Shown here: piece by piece, positions 36,307 to 37,496 of the stretch
Numbering within the stretch: the stretch's first letter is position 1
Layout: each line of letters opens with the position of its first letter
IMG/VR virus record: IMGVR_UViG_3300050014_000171
Coordinates: 1 to 37,496 of that record
Reading direction: 5' to 3' (one strand)
DNA: 37,496 nt
Origin: a virus
Taxonomy: Duplodnaviria; Caudoviricetes
Notes under the pieces: model-generated
Seen by the model: the letters and a program-made list of their open reading frames with translations, nothing else
Told to the model about the DNA's origin: nothing
Database searches by the model: none
Translations under genes and position numbers: made by a program

Positions 36307-36732
36307 CTAAAACTTTTCTTCTATTATTTGGCTGATGCTTTTTCCGGTTTCCGATCTCATCCGTTCCAACTTTATTTTAAGCTCGCGCGGTACTGATATG
36401 TTTAGCGCTTCGCGTCCCTCTGCGGCTTCCTCTGGTTCGCCAAATTCGGCGGCGTAATCATCGGCATCAAGGTTTTCCTCCGCCCACTCTGATGCGTCTG
36501 CCGGTGTGTACGGTCTGATCTCTTCTCCCGGACCGCCGCTATTGCCATGCCATTCGCCGTACTTGCTGTTGCCGCCGCCCTCGCCGTGCAAAAAGTATTT
36601 TCCCGCTTTGGTTTTATATAGCGTTTCGCAGTAATAACTAAAATCCCGTGTGTCATATCCTGCTGGCTCTGCGTGCCCAATTTCCCTTGCCGTTTCCGTG
36701 TTGTAAAGTGCACCTTCGATTATTTTTTTCAT
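36307..36732 (-). CDS. early protein with C-terminal RHH domain
   Basis: KKIIEGALYNTETA...ETLYKTKAGKYFLHGEGG N-domain; LNISVPRELKIKLERMRSETGKSISQIIE RHH; ATGA coupling. Confidence 0.75.
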   Translation of the reverse strand: MKKIIEGALYNTETAREIGHAEPAGYDTRDFSYYCETLYKTKAGKYFLHGEGGGNSKYGEWHGNSGGPGEEIRPYTPADASEWAEENLDADDYAAEFGEPEEAAEGREALNISVPRELKIKLERMRSETGKSISQIIEEKF

Positions 36733-37016
36733 AATGTTTTTGCTCCTTCCAATTGAGGGCCTTCCGGCCACTGACCGAGGTATGATTTTATAAAATCCCG
36801 AGTTTCGGGCGACAAGTCATGATTTATTGCCCAGGTGTATACAGTATGTGCAGCAGTCATTCCTCCAAATATAGAATCAAACTTTTCCGGGTAAGTTTTT
36901 TGAGATGGGCCGTATCCCCTCCCGCTGGAATATAACATTAATACCGGGATGCCATAATGTGATGCAGGGTGCTCTGTTGTAAGCTCGCAAAAATCATCTA
37001 ATTTAAGTATTTTCAT
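36729..37016 (-). CDS. hypothetical early protein
   Basis: LTTEHPASHYGIPVL...GYGP; SD AAGGGAG. Confidence 0.7.
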   Translation of the reverse strand: MKILKLDDFCELTTEHPASHYGIPVLMLYSSGRGYGPSQKTYPEKFDSIFGGMTAAHTVYTWAINHDLSPETRDFIKSYLGQWPEGPQLEGAKTL

Positions 37017-37067
37017 AATTTTCTCCCTTCCTGCCTGCCTTGCGGTCAGGGCTTACGGCTTATAATC

Positions 37068-37391
37068 TTATATGGTAGGGACTGTTGCATACTTGACTAT
37101 GATACTTTGTGCTACGTAGCCGTCTTTTTTATCGTCTGCTAATACTGATGTTTTTAATATGCTTGATGTACCGGATATTTTAACGATTGCCATTTTCCAG
37201 CCATCACTATAGTTGTAGCGGTGTGCGCCTATTACCACATCAATTTTCTTGCCGATATCATTAGGCGTGTATCCGTTTTTGATAATCGCACGGTAGAGAT
37301 TGCTTGTTTTGGTTTTGGGTGCATAGAGACCATTTACATACGCGATGACTTTCCTATCATTGACTGCTTCGTCCAACATAGTTTTTCTCAT
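37068..37391 (-). CDS. hypothetical early protein
   Basis: SD AAAGGGG before ATG 37391. Confidence 0.65.
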   Translation of the reverse strand: MRKTMLDEAVNDRKVIAYVNGLYAPKTKTSNLYRAIIKNGYTPNDIGKKIDVVIGAHRYNYSDGWKMAIVKISGTSSILKTSVLADDKKDGYVAQSIIVKYATVPTI

Positions 37392-37418
37392 TTCATTACG
37401 CCCCTTTATTATTTTGAA

Positions 37419-37474
37419 TTTGCGCAATCTCTTGATTGCATCATCATAATATCATGTACTTTGCGCAATGTCAA
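37419..37474 (-). promoter_or_regulatory. early promoter with two palindromic operators
   Basis: TTGACA-17-TATTAT with extended TG (37474-37446); TTGCGCAA at 37420-37427 and 37461-37468. Confidence 0.7.
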
Positions 37475-37496
37475 TAATATTTTAATCAATATTTAA

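Overview
The window looks like a near-complete ~37.5 kb genome of a tailed phage with a Firmicutes host (probably Clostridia, inferred from sigma-A promoters, strong SD sites and gene families). It has a podovirus-type virion module: terS/terL, P22-like portal, scaffold, coat, adaptor, tail nozzle, ejection proteins and two paralogous fibre genes, with no tape-measure gene. Lysis genes, a moron and an attP-like site follow, then a damaged lysogeny module, a rightward replication/recombination operon and a leftward early region of small genes. The lysogeny module has a CI-like N-terminus fused in frame to the C-terminal half of a tyrosine integrase, and the antirepressor carries a Trp-to-TGA stop. 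The most notable non-coding signals are: (i) a circularly permuted twister ribozyme at ~35526-35597 (-); (ii) a ~345-nt structured RNA region upstream of terS, containing a non-canonical tRNA-like cloverleaf, a pseudoknot and mutually exclusive terminator/antiterminator helices; (iii) a RepL-like wHTH gene preceded by paired 15-bp repeats; (iv) face-to-face promoters in the genetic switch. All calls come from reading by eye; no database searches or folding programs were run.
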